The notes below the pieces were generated by a model that ran no database searches, was not told the DNA's origin, and saw only the letters and a list, made by a program, of their open reading frames with translations. This document shows, in pieces, positions 26,261 through 39,643 of a stretch of DNA of 64,000 nt (positions are counted from its first letter, which is position 1; every line of letters starts with the position of its first letter). The translations under genes were made by a program, and so were the position numbers. Source of the stretch: Lama guanicoe (lineage: Eukaryota); NCBI GenBank assembly GCA_013239625.1, contig MU054187.1, positions 5,777,757-5,841,756 on the forward strand. The letters are read 5' to 3'.

Positions 26261-26630
26261 TGCTGTCCCATCAGCTCAGGCTGCCAGAACAAATTACCAG
26301 ACTGAGTGGTTTAAACAACAGAGTTTCTCTCTCCCAGTTCTGGAGGCTGGGAAGTCCAAGATCGAGGTGCCGGTAGCTCTGGTGTCTGGTGAGGGCCCAC
26401 TCCTGGCTTTCAAGCAGCGGTCTTCTTGTGTCCTCACAGCAGAGAGCAGGGAGACGTGAGCCCTCTCTGGAGCCTCACGAGGGCACTAATTCCATCCATG
26501 AGGGCCCCACCCTCATGAGCTCATCGAATCCTCATCACTCCCAAAGGCTCCACCTCCTAATACCCTCACATGGGGGAGTTTCAACATATGAATTTAGGGG
26601 AAGGGGGGTCACCAACACTTCCATCCATAC
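26261..26630 (-). mobile_element. MaLR LTR (MLT1A-like)
   Basis: gctcaggctgcca.aacaaattaccagactgagtgg.ttaaacaacag, cagttctggaggctgggaagtccaagatc, ggcactaattccatccatgaggg. Confidence 0.85.
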
Positions 26631-27343
26631 CAGGAGCCCACAGTCAGAGAGGACGACTCTTTAAACACTAAAGGTTACAATCTACACAGTCAATTTCACT
26701 GCAATCTATCAAGTGTGCTGGGAGCACAGAAGAGGGGAAATTAGTTCTGCTTATGGAAGGAACTCAGAAGTAAGTCCCATGGGAGAAATGATACTTCAAC
26801 CAGATACTGAAGAAAGAGCAGGAGTTGACTAAGAAGACAAGTGGGGGAGGGAATTCTTCAGATGAAAGAATCACTCAAAATCTCTGTCTCCGTCTCTCTC
26901 TCTCTCTCATTGCTCAGTGTGAATAAAACCAACTTACCAATTTTAATCAGAGCTAAACTAGTTCTTTTAGTTACTCATGAAGTTTCTCCAAAAGTTATTT
27001 GTTTTCAGCTTATCCTCTGTTCGTAGCATCTACAAAAGTGACCTACTGAATTTGCAGACTGCAGAATTTTGACAACAGTAATAATACCAGAATGAAATTT
27101 AATATTAAACGTAAAGCACCTTTGTGGCCAACAGCCCATGTGCGTTCTCCAGCCCCACTAAGGCTGATGGGAAGCTTCAGTTGCTGCCCCAAACTTACAG
27201 GTCATTGAGCACTTTTTAATTTTAATGTAAGTCGATGAAATTCAAGAGCCATACATCTACTTCCAAAGTAAATCGTTTTCTGGAAATCGCTGAATACTTC
27301 GCATGAACAACAAGAGTTTTGCAAACTGATTTGTTCCTCTTAC

Positions 27344-27468
27344 CTCCATGGGGAAAGCTTTGAAATTAACTGTGTGCTCCGAGCCACGCTGGTTTTCTCT
27401 TCCCCAATGAAATCTAACTTCATACAGCTCAAACTCATGCCCTTGAGGTAATGGGCCTCCTGACAGAA
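27344..27468 (-). CDS. CA8: CA8 coding exon 3 (missed by ORF track)
   Basis: Manual translation gives (V)[41 protein letters not shown]; acceptor ttcttttttcag|, donor |GTAAGA; 125 nt; contains RFHWG and GSEH motifs. Confidence 0.98.
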
Positions 27469-28185
27469 CTGAAAAAAGAAAACAAAGTCTGTTTAATCAC
27501 ATCTCAAACACATTCACCAGCACAGCGTTATAAACATTGAGAACTGTTTTTTTTCAGCCACAAGGTCTCATGTGCTCTACAGGTTAAATCCATAAGCCAA
27601 AATGAGAAGGGTGTCACAACTGGGCGGCGAATCTATCCTGTCAACTGGATACAGCAAAAGTTCTGGGACTCTGCAACACTTGGTGATGAAACATATATGT
27701 TAACCTCATGAGCATTTTAGGCACAGGTGTAGAGAAAGTCAACAGGTCAGTGCAGTAGCCACACGCCCTGAGAGCTACACTCAGCATTGACCGGGGGACA
27801 AGACGGTGCTCTGGGTCTCAGATTGACCACTAATGTGCTCGAGGCCTGTCAACAAGTTAAACCTTGCTTACAAATAATCCATTTATACAAGCAGGCTCTC
27901 AATCTAGAGAGCAGGTATCCGCTGACAAAACTATCCATGAAGAGAATTATTATTAAGCCACCTTGATTTTTCAACAATGAAAACACATTTTTAAAAAAGC
28001 AATCCATCATCCCGTATCACAAATATTGACTAAACAAAATTGTCATAAAATATTCACAATACCTAAAATATTAAATTTAGTTCCATGCGGCCTTATCTCT
28101 AAGTCTCGTTTCTGGATGTAACCTGTGTCCCAAACAAGGGCACACTAAAGGATGGTGAAAAATGCATCTGTTTAAGAGCCTGTCA

Positions 28186-28425
28186 GAGAGAGGGTGTAGA
28201 GCTCCGTGGTAGAGCACACGCTTAGCATGCACAAGGTCCCCAGTACCTCCATTAAAAAAAAATAGCAATAATAAATAAACAAATAAAGCTTATTAGTTAT
28301 AATATTTAATTTTTAAATATATTAATAATTATTAAATAAATAGTATAATTAATTATAATAATAATTAGCAATAATAAATAAATAAATGAACCTAATTACC
28401 TCCTCCCCCCAAAAAAAAGAATTTA
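28186..28425 (+). mobile_element. tRNA-derived SINE with B-box deletion and expanded AT-rich tail
   Basis: gctccgtggtagagcacacgcttagcatgcacaaggtccccagtacctcc; tail ends aacctaattacctcctccc; TSD-like aagagcctgtc / aagaacctatc. Confidence 0.85.
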
Positions 28426-29149
28426 GAAAAAGAACCTATCTTGAAGCAACAGAACACTTTCATTAGTTAAACACACCCTGATGTCGTACAGAGAAATGTG
28501 AAATAAAGTTCATTACACGTGGCCAATTTCAACACAAAGGTTATTTGCATTATTCTTATAAAAACTGTTCATTCTAAATGGTATCAACTAAGGATTATTG
28601 GTTCTTGTCAGTCAAGGAGCTGACCAAATTCACACCCCATCGAAGGGATCTCTTTGAGAGAGGCGGGTGTTCACACTCAGGCTGTTGTCGTGAAGGCAGC
28701 AACGGAGGCCAAAGTGAGTGCCGCCTGGAGGAGCAGCCTTGTGGTCCATCCTTACTCTAAACTCAAAGGAGAAGAAATGGGGTTGGCGCAGCCATATTTA
28801 CTTATTTGGTTGGTTCTTCATCTGATAACTCGTCCCCAAAAGAATTCAAGGCTGTTTACAACAAGGTTCCTATCCCGCAGCTGGACGGCATCGATTAGGA
28901 AGAAGAGCAAAAGGAAACAAAGACAGAAAGAGACGGAGCAGTGAGGCCCTGGCCCACATGAACAGCATCGAGTCCTTGCTAAAAGGTCCCCCCAGATTCA
29001 GTGCCAAGCCTTCCTCCAGCTCAACTGATGAAGAAAAACAGCATCAGTGGCAAAAGCTATTTTAATTTTTCAAGGGCTCAGACCTCACATGCGGGGGGAA
29101 GGGAAGCGAGGTGCCTGGCCTTTAAGATGCCACGGTGTCACGCACGCTT

Positions 29150-29330
29150 TTAATGTCTTCCTCGTCCTTGGTCTTATTTTATGTTTCGCCATGACTCTGA
29201 GGGGTCAGTGTCATCATCCCCATAGACAGGGGAGAAAACACGGCCGAGAGCGGCGGGGTGTGACTCGCCCCAGTCCCCCAGCTAGCCTGTCCAGGAGTCT
29301 GGAACTCGAGTCTTGTGACCCACGTCCCGC
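29150..29330 (-). mobile_element. MIR SINE
   Basis: ctctgaggggtcagtgtcatcatccccatagacaggggagaaaac..gtgactcgccc. Confidence 0.55.
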
Positions 29331-31359
29331 AGTGAGACAAGGCCAGGGAACCCCAGCTTTCAGAACCTACGAGCACGAACCAGAAAATGGAGAGTTCTTT
29401 AAGCCTCGATTTCTAAACTGCAGTCCCCTCCTTGAGTATTACCTTTCATCCTATTTCCTAGAACAATCCAAAAATAAGATTTCAATACGTGGATTAAAAG
29501 GGATTACTGATATCCAGAACCGCGATGCAGGCTCACTGCACCTTCTCCAGTGAGCATCCTGCCGTGGATTAACGAAGGAGTAGAGTGTTTTTATCTCAAC
29601 CAGGGTGCCACAGCTTCCGAAGAACCCCAACACTGCCTCCTCGCCCTTGGCTGGGTCCAAACTTGGTCTTAAGAAAAACTGGGAAGGAGGCCTGGAGCCC
29701 CCCGCTGTGAACTCCATCTCTCAACCAAAAAGAACAAATGGGAAAGGCTTCTTAGAAGTCTCAGACCTGCTGCTCCCCAGCCTGCAGCATCAGAAGGGGG
29801 AACACACCCTCACCTGCGCAGCTACAACCTGGCCTGAGGCCCGGCGGGGAGCGGGAGGTTGGGGGGGGGGGTCAGTCACACTCCACTTTCAAGAGAAAGC
29901 AGAAAATCATCTTGGAGGAGGCATAGCTACACTCGGCTAAGGAAAAAGAAAGGGGTGTATTGTGGACTGAAGCCCACGTGAGATGGGAAAGAGTATTAAA
30001 AAAAGAAGTATTTCCCCAAAACATTTTCATCAGGTACACACGTATAATTTCTGAAACTGTTACAGAGCATCCACCAGTATTTTCTTACAGAAAGAGATGA
30101 AGAGGATCCTGGCAGTGATTTCAGGGACCAAAAAGAGACCCATGCTTCATACTCACCCCCCGCCTGACCAATGCCCAATATTCCTTTAGCTTAAAACTTG
30201 GGAACACAGCTGACATTTTAAATGCCCTGGAAATTCAAGCTGCGCAGATCTATGTCTTGTTAGGGAGAAATTCTAGCCCCACAGGGGTTCCCTCAAAAAA
30301 TATTTCAACAAATATTTTGTGATCACCTACATTATACCCAGCACCATCTTCAGTGCTTAAGATAACACTGATTTTGACAAAGCAGACAGAATTCACGGGC
30401 CCCTGGAACTTACATTCTGTTGGGATGAAATGCCAATTTATACATTTATGAAGATCACATTTTTGCTGTGATATTTGGTCACTACATGGCAGTTTTGATG
30501 GCTGTGACGTCATTGCATTCAATGAAATTATCATGAAGTCATAATCTCAGGGTCTTACGTTCTGTTGGATTGAACGTGAACGCAAAGGAGGGGAGCATTT
30601 TGCCCAGGTCCCGTCCCCAGGGAGGTGACAAAGGGGCAGCTTCCAGCCAGGAATCGGCTCTGGGACTCCTCACTTTTGCTGCAGACGAATAACCCAAAGA
30701 TAAGCCCGCTAAGATCGCACGGCTGTGCAAAGCCGTCAAGAACAACAAAAGCCTGAATGCAGAATTTTATGGGGTGCCAGGTGAGGCCGGAAGACATTTC
30801 CTGCTCATCCCCCAGGAATGACCATGTTTACAGAACACAAATAAAGAGCAGCTCTGTTTTACCCATTTGGCAACATCCTCTTAAGGCATTCTCCTCCCTT
30901 ATCACCACTTACTTTTTCCATAGGAAAACTAGTCACACCAAAAGGGGAACACTTTTCCTGCACTTACGAATATCACTCAAATTTTTCTGAGTGATCTTTT
31001 ATCACTGTGTGGCAGATTTATTGGTTGTGATGTCATTATGTCCAATAAAATTACAATGAGACAACATGAAACACTGATGACAGGCTGCATTTCCTCAGAA
31101 GGACGAACTCGTGAAAAGAATACAGTTTGAACCGGTGTCATTACTCCCACCTTCGTTTTCCTTCACGCCTTGCCTTTGACAGGCCTGGCCACTGTGTTTA
31201 TAGACATAAAAGAGCCCCTTTCAGAAGCTACTGCAAAATTTGAGAATCCCTTAAAGACGTGATGTATGTACATTTATCTAGATCTATCCAAGCTTCTATC
31301 ATCTTTTGCTGAAAACAGATTTGCCAGATAGTTCAAAGGCTTATTCCTCCTCGTTCCAT

Positions 31360-31960
31360 TGGTGTTCAACACATACGTGTTGAGATGGGCTCCACGCCCA
31401 GCCCGAGTGGACCACTGAGTACATAAAGAGCAGGGCATAATCTCCGTGCTGGCGGGGCGTTCTCAGTGCTTAAGGAACTAGATGTAAAAGCAGGGACTGA
31501 CTGCATCAGGGCCGCTGAGGGAGAGTGCACCAGGCACTCGGAGGCCCCCCTGCAGGGGCCGAGCCAAAGCCAAGGGGGCATCAGAAAGTCAGGGAAGACT
31601 TTCTGGGGGAGGTGACGGCTACGCAGAGTCTTGAAGAGCAGGCTAAGAGAAGAAGGGAGACAGTGCATGCCGAGCAGAGAGAAGAGGCTGAGAAAGGCTC
31701 GGAGATGTGAACCTGCCTGAGTGCGTCCCACGAGAGCACAGTTGGAGGAGTCCGCCAGCCCAGGGCCAAAGGATCTGAAGGTCAGAAGAGGATTGTGGCC
31801 CAGGCTGAGGGGCTGGAATTTATCATGGGGGGAACCATCAATAGCTTTTAAGCAGGAAACTAATATCTTTGCATTTTAAAATATTACTCCCAGGCCTGCC
31901 TGGATGGTGGACCAGCAAAGGGCAGCTTAACCATTTCAAAAGTTATGTCACAGCCAGGTA
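31360..31960 (-). mobile_element. L2 3' fragment
   Basis: ttcaacacatacgtgttgag, gtcagggaagactttctgggggaggtgac, gcttttaagcagg..tttgcattttaaaatattactc. Confidence 0.6.
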
Positions 31961-32097
31961 AAGGCGGTGAGGCCGGAAGACACAGCCTGCTGGAGCCGCG
32001 ACCCCAGCACGCAGGGAGACAACGCCAATGGTCCCCAGAGGATCAGGGGCCTCCAAGGTTCATTTGCAAAAGGTTCAAACATTTTTTTTTCTTTTTA

Positions 32098-32230
32098 GTT
32101 ATTTTTAATGTTGGAGGAGGGGATAATTAGGTTTATTTATTTATTTATTTAAATGGAGGCACTGGGGATTGAATCTGGGACCTCATGTACACTAAGCATG
32201 CACTCTACCACTGAGCTATATCTTCCCCCC
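32098..32230 (-). mobile_element. tRNA-derived SINE (Vic-1/camelid type)
   Basis: taattaggtttatttat...ggaggcactggggattgaatctgggacctcatg...gcactctaccactgagctatatcttcccc; T-rich TSD-like flanks. Confidence 0.9.
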
Positions 32231-32716
32231 ATTTTTTTCTTTTTTTTAAGATTCAAAGATTTTATAATCTCACTTTAACTTTTAAATTATCCCAAATTTA
32301 TTCATAAAACATTGCAAAAATAGTATTAGTTCTTTTTTAACATCTGAAGTCTTGAAAGCAGTAATCAACATTTTTTATAGTCCTGAGCTTTTAACCCGCA
32401 GCTTTACCTCATATTAAAGAATAAATATCATCGGCTTGTATACCGTGCAGCGGTGGGATCCGCAGTAGGGAGAGGGGGCCAGTTAAACTGGGTCTACATG
32501 AGCAAAGTCAGCAGGTGAGGGCAGCTGTCCAGGTAATTCTAGTCCCCCAAAATTAGCTAATAATAAATGTAATCATAAAGAAATTCAACCCTGATGTTTC
32601 ATATAAAGAATATAGAGCCTCTTCGTAAGTGAAAATAACTTTAAGATATTTTTTGATGACTTCATCTTTCAATCAACAAGTTTGCCTAGGATATACCATA
32701 AAAAACTGTCCTATTT

Positions 32717-32910
32717 TCAGATTGGGATTTCAAAATGTAGAATAGATAAACAAGATTATACTGTATAGCACAGGGAAATATATACAAGATCTTATGGTAG
32801 CTCACAGAGAAAAAAATGTGACAGTTCATGTAAAATTGAAAAATTGTGCTCTTCACTAGAATTTGGCACAACATTGTAAAATGATTATAACTCAATAAAA
32901 AATGTTAAAA
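32717..32910 (+). mobile_element. Young 5'-truncated L1 3' end with TSD
   Basis: aatagataaacaagattatactgtatagcacagggaaatatatacaagatctt...ctcaataaaaaatgttaaaa; TSD aaaaactgtcctattt (32701-32716) / aaaaattgtcctattt (32908-32923). Confidence 0.9.
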
Positions 32911-34529
32911 AATTGTCCTATTTGGGAGAAAAAGTATGATTAATAATAATAATAATAATCTACTCTAAACTTAATATTGAGAATTATCAAAGACCCAGAA
33001 GTAAGTCTTTCCAGTTAAAGTTTCTATAAGAAGTTGCACTGCAGGGCACAAATGACCTACCTTGATTTGCAATTTCTCCGATACCAATGGTGCATGAAAA
33101 AAAGTGGTCACGCACCACTTGTTTTCGGACAGAATGACATTCTACTGCGTAAACCTGGGCAGCCTGACACCTTTTTCACAACTTAAGTATCAAACCACTT
33201 GGGCTAGAAATCTGCAATTAAATTTTCATACTTAAGCTGCTTCTTACACCACTGTAAGTATCTGGTTTTAATTTGTCCGTGTTCGCTAAAAATGCTAATA
33301 TTCCCAGGGGACAGAGATTCGTAGATCCTATGGAGAAATTAAATGACACGTGTGGCAGCCTTAATAAGGCTGTCCCTCCTCGGGGAGATGGCAGGACCAA
33401 GAGTCTGGCCGGGTCACACCCGGAATGTGATGCCGGGCTCAGCTCCACCTGACGGGGAACTGTACCACCTTGAAATGTGTCACAGCACAGGCTGAAGGAA
33501 GGTGACAGGATCCAGACTGTGGCCCAGCCACAGGGGCTCCACCCCGGCCCGGCCCTGCTTCCCGTTCCACACAAGCGATCACTGAGGTCGGCAGGCGGCA
33601 TCCCAGAAACCTCTCTTGGGCCCCCCTTCCTTCCAGCACCACCAGCACACAGCAGCGGCAGCTCTGGGCAACTGAATCTCTTCCAACAACCTTCAGACGC
33701 TCCCAGTCTCTCCCAGATCCCATCTTATTCAGTGTGGCCTGGTTAATTTTCCTAAAACAACATGCTAATTATGACTTTATCCTACAGAACAACCGAAAAA
33801 AGGGTTATACTCTTTAGACCGGGTTTAAGATCCCTGGTGAATTTGCCCTAACACAGCTTCTCCACTACATTTCCTATTAACCCCATTTAACGTGACTGAA
33901 TCTCTCCTTCCAGATATACTGAAGGATTTGCATTTCCTCATCCGATCTCCAGACCCTCCCGCAGCCTCATCTTTTTCATCTGCTGTCCTCTTTCCACACA
34001 GTCCCGTCTTCCCAGTCCACATGCGAGTCCCCCTTCAACAATCACTGCAAGTGCTACTTCCTCCGCAAATCCTTCCCTAATAATTTCAGCCCCAAATAAT
34101 CCCTCCCTGTGTGCTGGTCTCTCACCATCTATCCTTGTAGCCTCCCTGAGGGCTGGCTTTGGGTCGGATTCATATCAGCTTGATCCCAAGCATGGAACAC
34201 TTCACATAAAGCACAACAAAGATTGCCAACTGTGCCCTGCAGGCCAGAAGAGCGCAGGGAACGCGTGTGTGTGGTTCACAAGTCCACAGCTCCAGCCGCT
34301 CCGGACACACTCGACATCTGGCAAACAAGGTGTGCTCTCTGCAGTTTGCTTATTTCCCACAGACCCCACCAGTCCCTACTGCCTTCCAACACTGCAGACA
34401 AAGCAGAGGGTCAGTAGCTAGTTATGAGTTTCGCTCTCCTAGTTGCCTTCATTTATAATACCTTACCTGGCTCTCAGAGACAAGCAAATTTGTAATTCCT
34501 GTAGTAAATGATTCATAAACGGGTATTAA

Positions 34530-34876
34530 TGAAGGACTCTCACGTGAGGAGCGGTTGAAGGAACTATGTCAGGAAGGAAAAATGGTAGCTTCATGACATG
34601 ACGGTGGTGGTCAGTATTTTAAAGAATGACACGTAAAAGTATAATTGCGTGTGTTCTGTGGCGGTCCAGAACCCCAAGCAAGAAACAATGAGGCAATCAC
34701 AGAGCTTCTCGATTTGGAGAATTATTCAAGAGCAAAGTGGATTTCCTCAGTGAGGAATAGATTTCCTTTCCTGAGCTGTTCAAGCTGAGGCCACCCAGCC
34801 ACCTGCCAGAGGGTCTGAGATGCGAGGCTAGACCGGCAGGCCTGGGGGCCCATCCCACTCAGTGAATCTAAGATTC
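34530..34876 (+). mobile_element. CR1/L3 3' end (ancient LINE)
   Basis: gaggagcggttgaaggaact, cagtattttaaag, ttcctgagctgttcaagc, terminal gaatctaagattc resembling the CR1 ATTCTRTG tail. Confidence 0.6.
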
Positions 34877-35489
34877 AGGCCTTTTCCTGAACTCATCTGC
34901 TCCCTGACTAGAAATCAGAACAGCGAACAAAGCCACATACAGTCCGTACAAGTGAGCCGCTTCTAGGGTGACTGGGTCACAAGAAGAGAAGGGGGCTGAG
35001 GAAAAAACTTCGAGAAATTCCATCATTGAAGGATAACAGAGAATGGAGAAGTGGCAGAGAAAGGGCAGCCAAAATTAGGGAGAGATAGCAAGAAGTGGCG
35101 TGTCACAGAGACCAATGGGAGAAAGAGCTTCCAAAACTGCCAGCAGATGTAGCAGAATTAAAGCATTTTAAGAATTTTAAAGTGGTCCTCTGCTTGTGGG
35201 ATGGGAAGATCGTCGGTGACCTTGGTCTGGGAACGTTCAGCAGGCGGCTTGCCTGGCTCGCACCCGTGACACACTCAAACTGAAAATCCCGGGTGAGATT
35301 ACTGCATACGGGAACTATATCCTTAGGATTATGTTAAAAGCTTTACTTTAATACGTATAAGCGCTCAAATTAGGCTACAACTCTTGTAACTCTTTTTGGT
35401 AATTCTGTGTTATTTTTTAACATAAACGAAGCCAAACAATCAAAAAAGAATTGTGCTTATTCTATGAATTTTTTATTTTAAAAAAAAAC

Positions 35490-35830
35490 AGCATCCAAGG
35501 AAACTTAAATGCATTATTACCAAGTGAAAGAAGCCAAGTGAAAGACTATGAAATGTGTGACTCCAAGTATATGACACTCTGGAAAAGGCAAAACTAAGAA
35601 GACGGCGGTAAGATTAGCAAACGCCAAGGGCTGGGGAGGGGTGGGGACACAAGGAGGAGCACGAGGGTTTTGAGGGCAGAGAAATTGTTCTGTATGAAAC
35701 TGCAATGGTGGATACACGTCATTATCCATCTGTTCAAGCCCATGGAAAGTACACCACCAGGAGTGAACTCCAGTGTAAACTTGGACTTGAGGCGACAGTG
35801 AATGTCAGTGGAGGCTCATGTGCCCCCCTG
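35490..35830 (+). mobile_element. Old L1M 3' fragment
   Basis: aagtgaaagaagcca...tatatgacactctggaaaaggcaaaacta...ggtggatacacgtcattat. Confidence 0.8.
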
Positions 35831-38800
35831 GTTACACTCCTCTGCCTGTGGTCAACAACCAGAAAGCAGGACAGCCAGGTGGGAGCCACCACACCTTCTT
35901 CCCCAGAGAAGCCGACACGCCCCCAAAGACTCCTCCAACCACACAACCTGGTCCTACATAGCCACATCACTGTGACGTTCTCCAGAGCTCAGTCCCTGCC
36001 CGTGTGCATAGAACCGCTGATCTGACTTTCAGACCCATTCCTACATTTGACCAAAGAGCCAAAGATCGCTGGGCATCTGAGAAGACCTCCAACCTAAAAG
36101 AGCCAGACCAAAACAAACAGAAAAAGGATCCCAGAATAAATAGGGACATACAGGGAACAGGGAAAGAGCAATGCAGGAAAGAATAGAGAAAGATCCTGTA
36201 ATTAGGAAATAAATACTGGTAGCAGTTTTTCTTTTTTTTAAAGTCTTTCTTGACTCATAGAATAAACACAATTTTTTAGAAAATTACAAATGTAAGAGCA
36301 GAAATTAAAAGTTTAAGAGAAAGACAGAAAAATCGGAATTAAGAAAAGCTACCAGAAAGTAGAAGAAAAAGACCAAAAAATAAATAGATGTTATGAAACA
36401 AAGAGAAAAGAAAACTTAACAATGAAGTAATATAAGAAAAGTTCCAAGAAATGAAACACACACCTGTCTTGATTGAATGGGGCCACCAAGTACCCAACAC
36501 AGAGATACCTTCTTCTCAGGAAGTTACTGGAAGACGAACTGTAGAAGGGAATAAACCAAGAAACTCCCTGAAATGAGGGAACAACCTCAAAAAAGGATGT
36601 CACAACATCTAGGAAACACGGGCCTGGACACGGAGACAAGCCAAGGAACTTCCTAGGCTCGAGGTCCAAGGAGCTGGCCGTCCACATGGGGCAGAAGAAG
36701 GGAAGGGAGGCCTCAGAGAGAGGTGGGACAGAAGGACTTCAGAGGGCTTTCTGAATCTCCTGGGAGAAGATCTGCCAGCCAACCGTCAGAGAGTTTGGAA
36801 ATGAAATCATAAACAAAACACCAAATAAACAAAAATACACTAACCCCAGTGGGGAGAAACCCCTCATTATTCAATAAAGGAAACAGAATATAGTCTCAGC
36901 TGGAAAGAACAGTTGCACAGTTATAATTTAAAAACAAACACTGAGTTAATTTAAATGACAACAGTAATTTAAGCAGACAAGGACATGGGGGGGGGGCAAA
37001 GCCATGAAGGGGAAGGGTCATAAAAGGACTAGCCTCGTCTTCCATCCAAAGCACATCAGTATAAATGTGTTATTAAGAAATGTGGATGAGGCAGTAAGAG
37101 AAACAGGTAGGCGTCGAAAGTGGTTGTCGCCAGGGCAAACAGTTCTAGGTGGGGAGGGGTGGCGTGCAGCCAGAATTACAGTACCGGTCAACTATTTTAA
37201 GTTTACATCCTATTTTGATACAGACAAAGCTTGAATTAAATAAATTAAATAAATGAAAGCTTAAATTAAATAGATGAAAAGCCCAGAGTGTTTGGGGTTT
37301 GCAGATCATTCCTTTGAAAAGCTTGTATATGTTAGAAAACAAATAAACAAACTAGTCCAGACATGGTATTTTTGTTACATTTTTTTTTAATTCGGAGAAA
37401 TATTAAAAGAGACGAAACAATGGAGAAGAAATGAGTCTAGTGGCAGAAAGAAGACAGGGCATCTGAAGGAGCAAGGTCTCCAAGGAGGCAGGAGTAAGGG
37501 GTCTAGATTGTGTGCGTCAAATTAGGCCCAGAGAGAAACACAGACAGCTCCTCCGTGGTGGTCCAGGGGGGACCTTATGGTGTAAGGGCTGAAATGTTGC
37601 TTGATCATCTCTATTTTGGGGTGAGGTAGGGAACCAAGGAAAAATGTGAACGTCTGAGAAGGTACTGGGGAGAAAATGGTAAACTCAGTTTGAGCAAGCA
37701 AATCTGATCTTCGAGCAGGAAAGGAGACACACTGCCTTAACTGGCAGCACTGGTCCTCAGTCACCCCTCTACGCTCCTGTAATACTGTGACACTAACCAG
37801 GTCCTATTTACCCTGACACTTTGAAAGTCTCTGGTTTCACTTATATGAATCCTCAAGAACCATCTTATCCATGTGTATAAAACCAACACTCAGTCACCTT
37901 GATGCCTGATGTGAAATACGTGTTTGTTGTATAGATACATGTTTATTTCCAAAAGTACAAAGGCATGCCAACATGTTAATACACCTTAAAATATAATACC
38001 AATATTACCTTAAAATGTTTTTATATATCAGAACAGTCAGCATTCAATAATTTTCCTACACATTTAAAAATAATGCATAATGTCCCATCATAGATAACCC
38101 CCCTGCCAAAAAAAAATCTGAAGTTCAAATGTACATCTGAAGCTGTCTCTTTGGCCACATCCATATAATACCTAGATTCTGTTTTGAGTGATGCCCAGTC
38201 TTTGAATTTGGGATGGCAGGGAAGACTACATTAATCTATATCTCATGGATTCTGAATCCAAGCTCAGGAACATTCACAACAAATAAAACACCCATAGTTG
38301 GATATCAGTACCTTCCCTGTCTAATAATAAATTCAAAGGTTTTATGGCTTGAAATACTAAATTTATTGATTCAGAATTAATTTGAGTACAGTCGGTCTCT
38401 GTTTATTAAGCACCTTCTAGTATTTCAACACACTCTACTTTTAAATCCTTCCCAAGGGGGAAATACAGTTATTATTCACTATGAAAAGTATGATGCTAAT
38501 GCTCACTTTAAAATATTCTGCCTTCTCCTCCACTACATTTAAGCCAAAAACCACTTTCCTTGGTAATTGCCAAGAGCTTTTCTAAAAAACATTTCAGATC
38601 CATCTCAAACAAGTTTAGATGGGAGGAGCGGAGTTAAAAACACATAAAATTAAGAGCTTTGTTTGCCATCTAAATCTTTTGCTGAGTTTAAGGGATCTTT
38701 GACTGCTATTAGTAAAATTTTTGTTGTATAAATATAGTAGAGAAACTTAATTTGAAAAGTCTCTGTTGAATGCCATATTATGTCAATAAATCCTAAGCTT

Positions 38801-39172
38801 TAGTTGCATAAAGCAGTAAAATAGAGAATTATAATTATCTAAATGATTTAAGCTAATCAACAATTTAGGATAAAATGCAGGTTGGTGCACCTGCATATAC
38901 TTTTCCTCAAATTCCACAGAGCTGCGATTTGACCAACTAAGGTTGTACCAGTAACACTATACAACATGGAAAAACCAAACTGACACCTTCGTCATTTCAT
39001 GCTTTCCTCTTTTCAAAAATGTTTCAGAAAACAATTCCCCAAAATGCATTTTGTAGTATATAAAGGTATCCTGTCAACAGAGCTAAGATAGCTCTATCTT
39101 TAAGGTCATACAGGCTAACCAGCTCTGTGATGACTTCTAGTTTACAGGAGCACACAAAAACATCTTAAATAC

Positions 39173-39364
39173 CTGATTTCGACTTCAGGATAACCTGAAT
39201 AGTATGTCCATCGTTGGTGACCTCACAGTCCCGGCAGACCACATAATTCGGGGAGAGGCGGACATCCAGCAGTGAGGGGTCGTATCTGGCTTCTCGTGAG
39301 TTCAAGTTAATGGGAGACTGGTACTCCCCGTTAGCGTCGGGAAACACCAAACCCCACTCAACAC
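39173..39364 (-). CDS. CA8: CA8 coding exon 2
   Basis: Acceptor ttttgtcctcag| and donor |GTATTT; 192 nt, phase 1-1; encodes [20 protein letters not shown]...[14 protein letters not shown] with the alpha-CA QSPIN and NDGHT motifs. Confidence 0.98.
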
Positions 39365-39643
39365 CTGAGGACAAAATGAAGCAAATTGAGAATAGATTTA
39401 AAAAATAAGTTACAGCAGAATTTAGCATGGGAAAGCTAGCTTAAACACGGTTTATGATCCTTGCCATTATTAAGAAGGTGATGGCTACCACCTCTTTACA
39501 GATACAATGTAGTAATAATAATGTGTGTGAATTTTTGCATTCATATTTTGAATGATCTACTGTTATCAAACACCACATTCAAAGTCCCAGACTAACAAAA
39601 TATTCTACTTGTCCACATAGATGTAGTAATTTATGGCTCTAGG

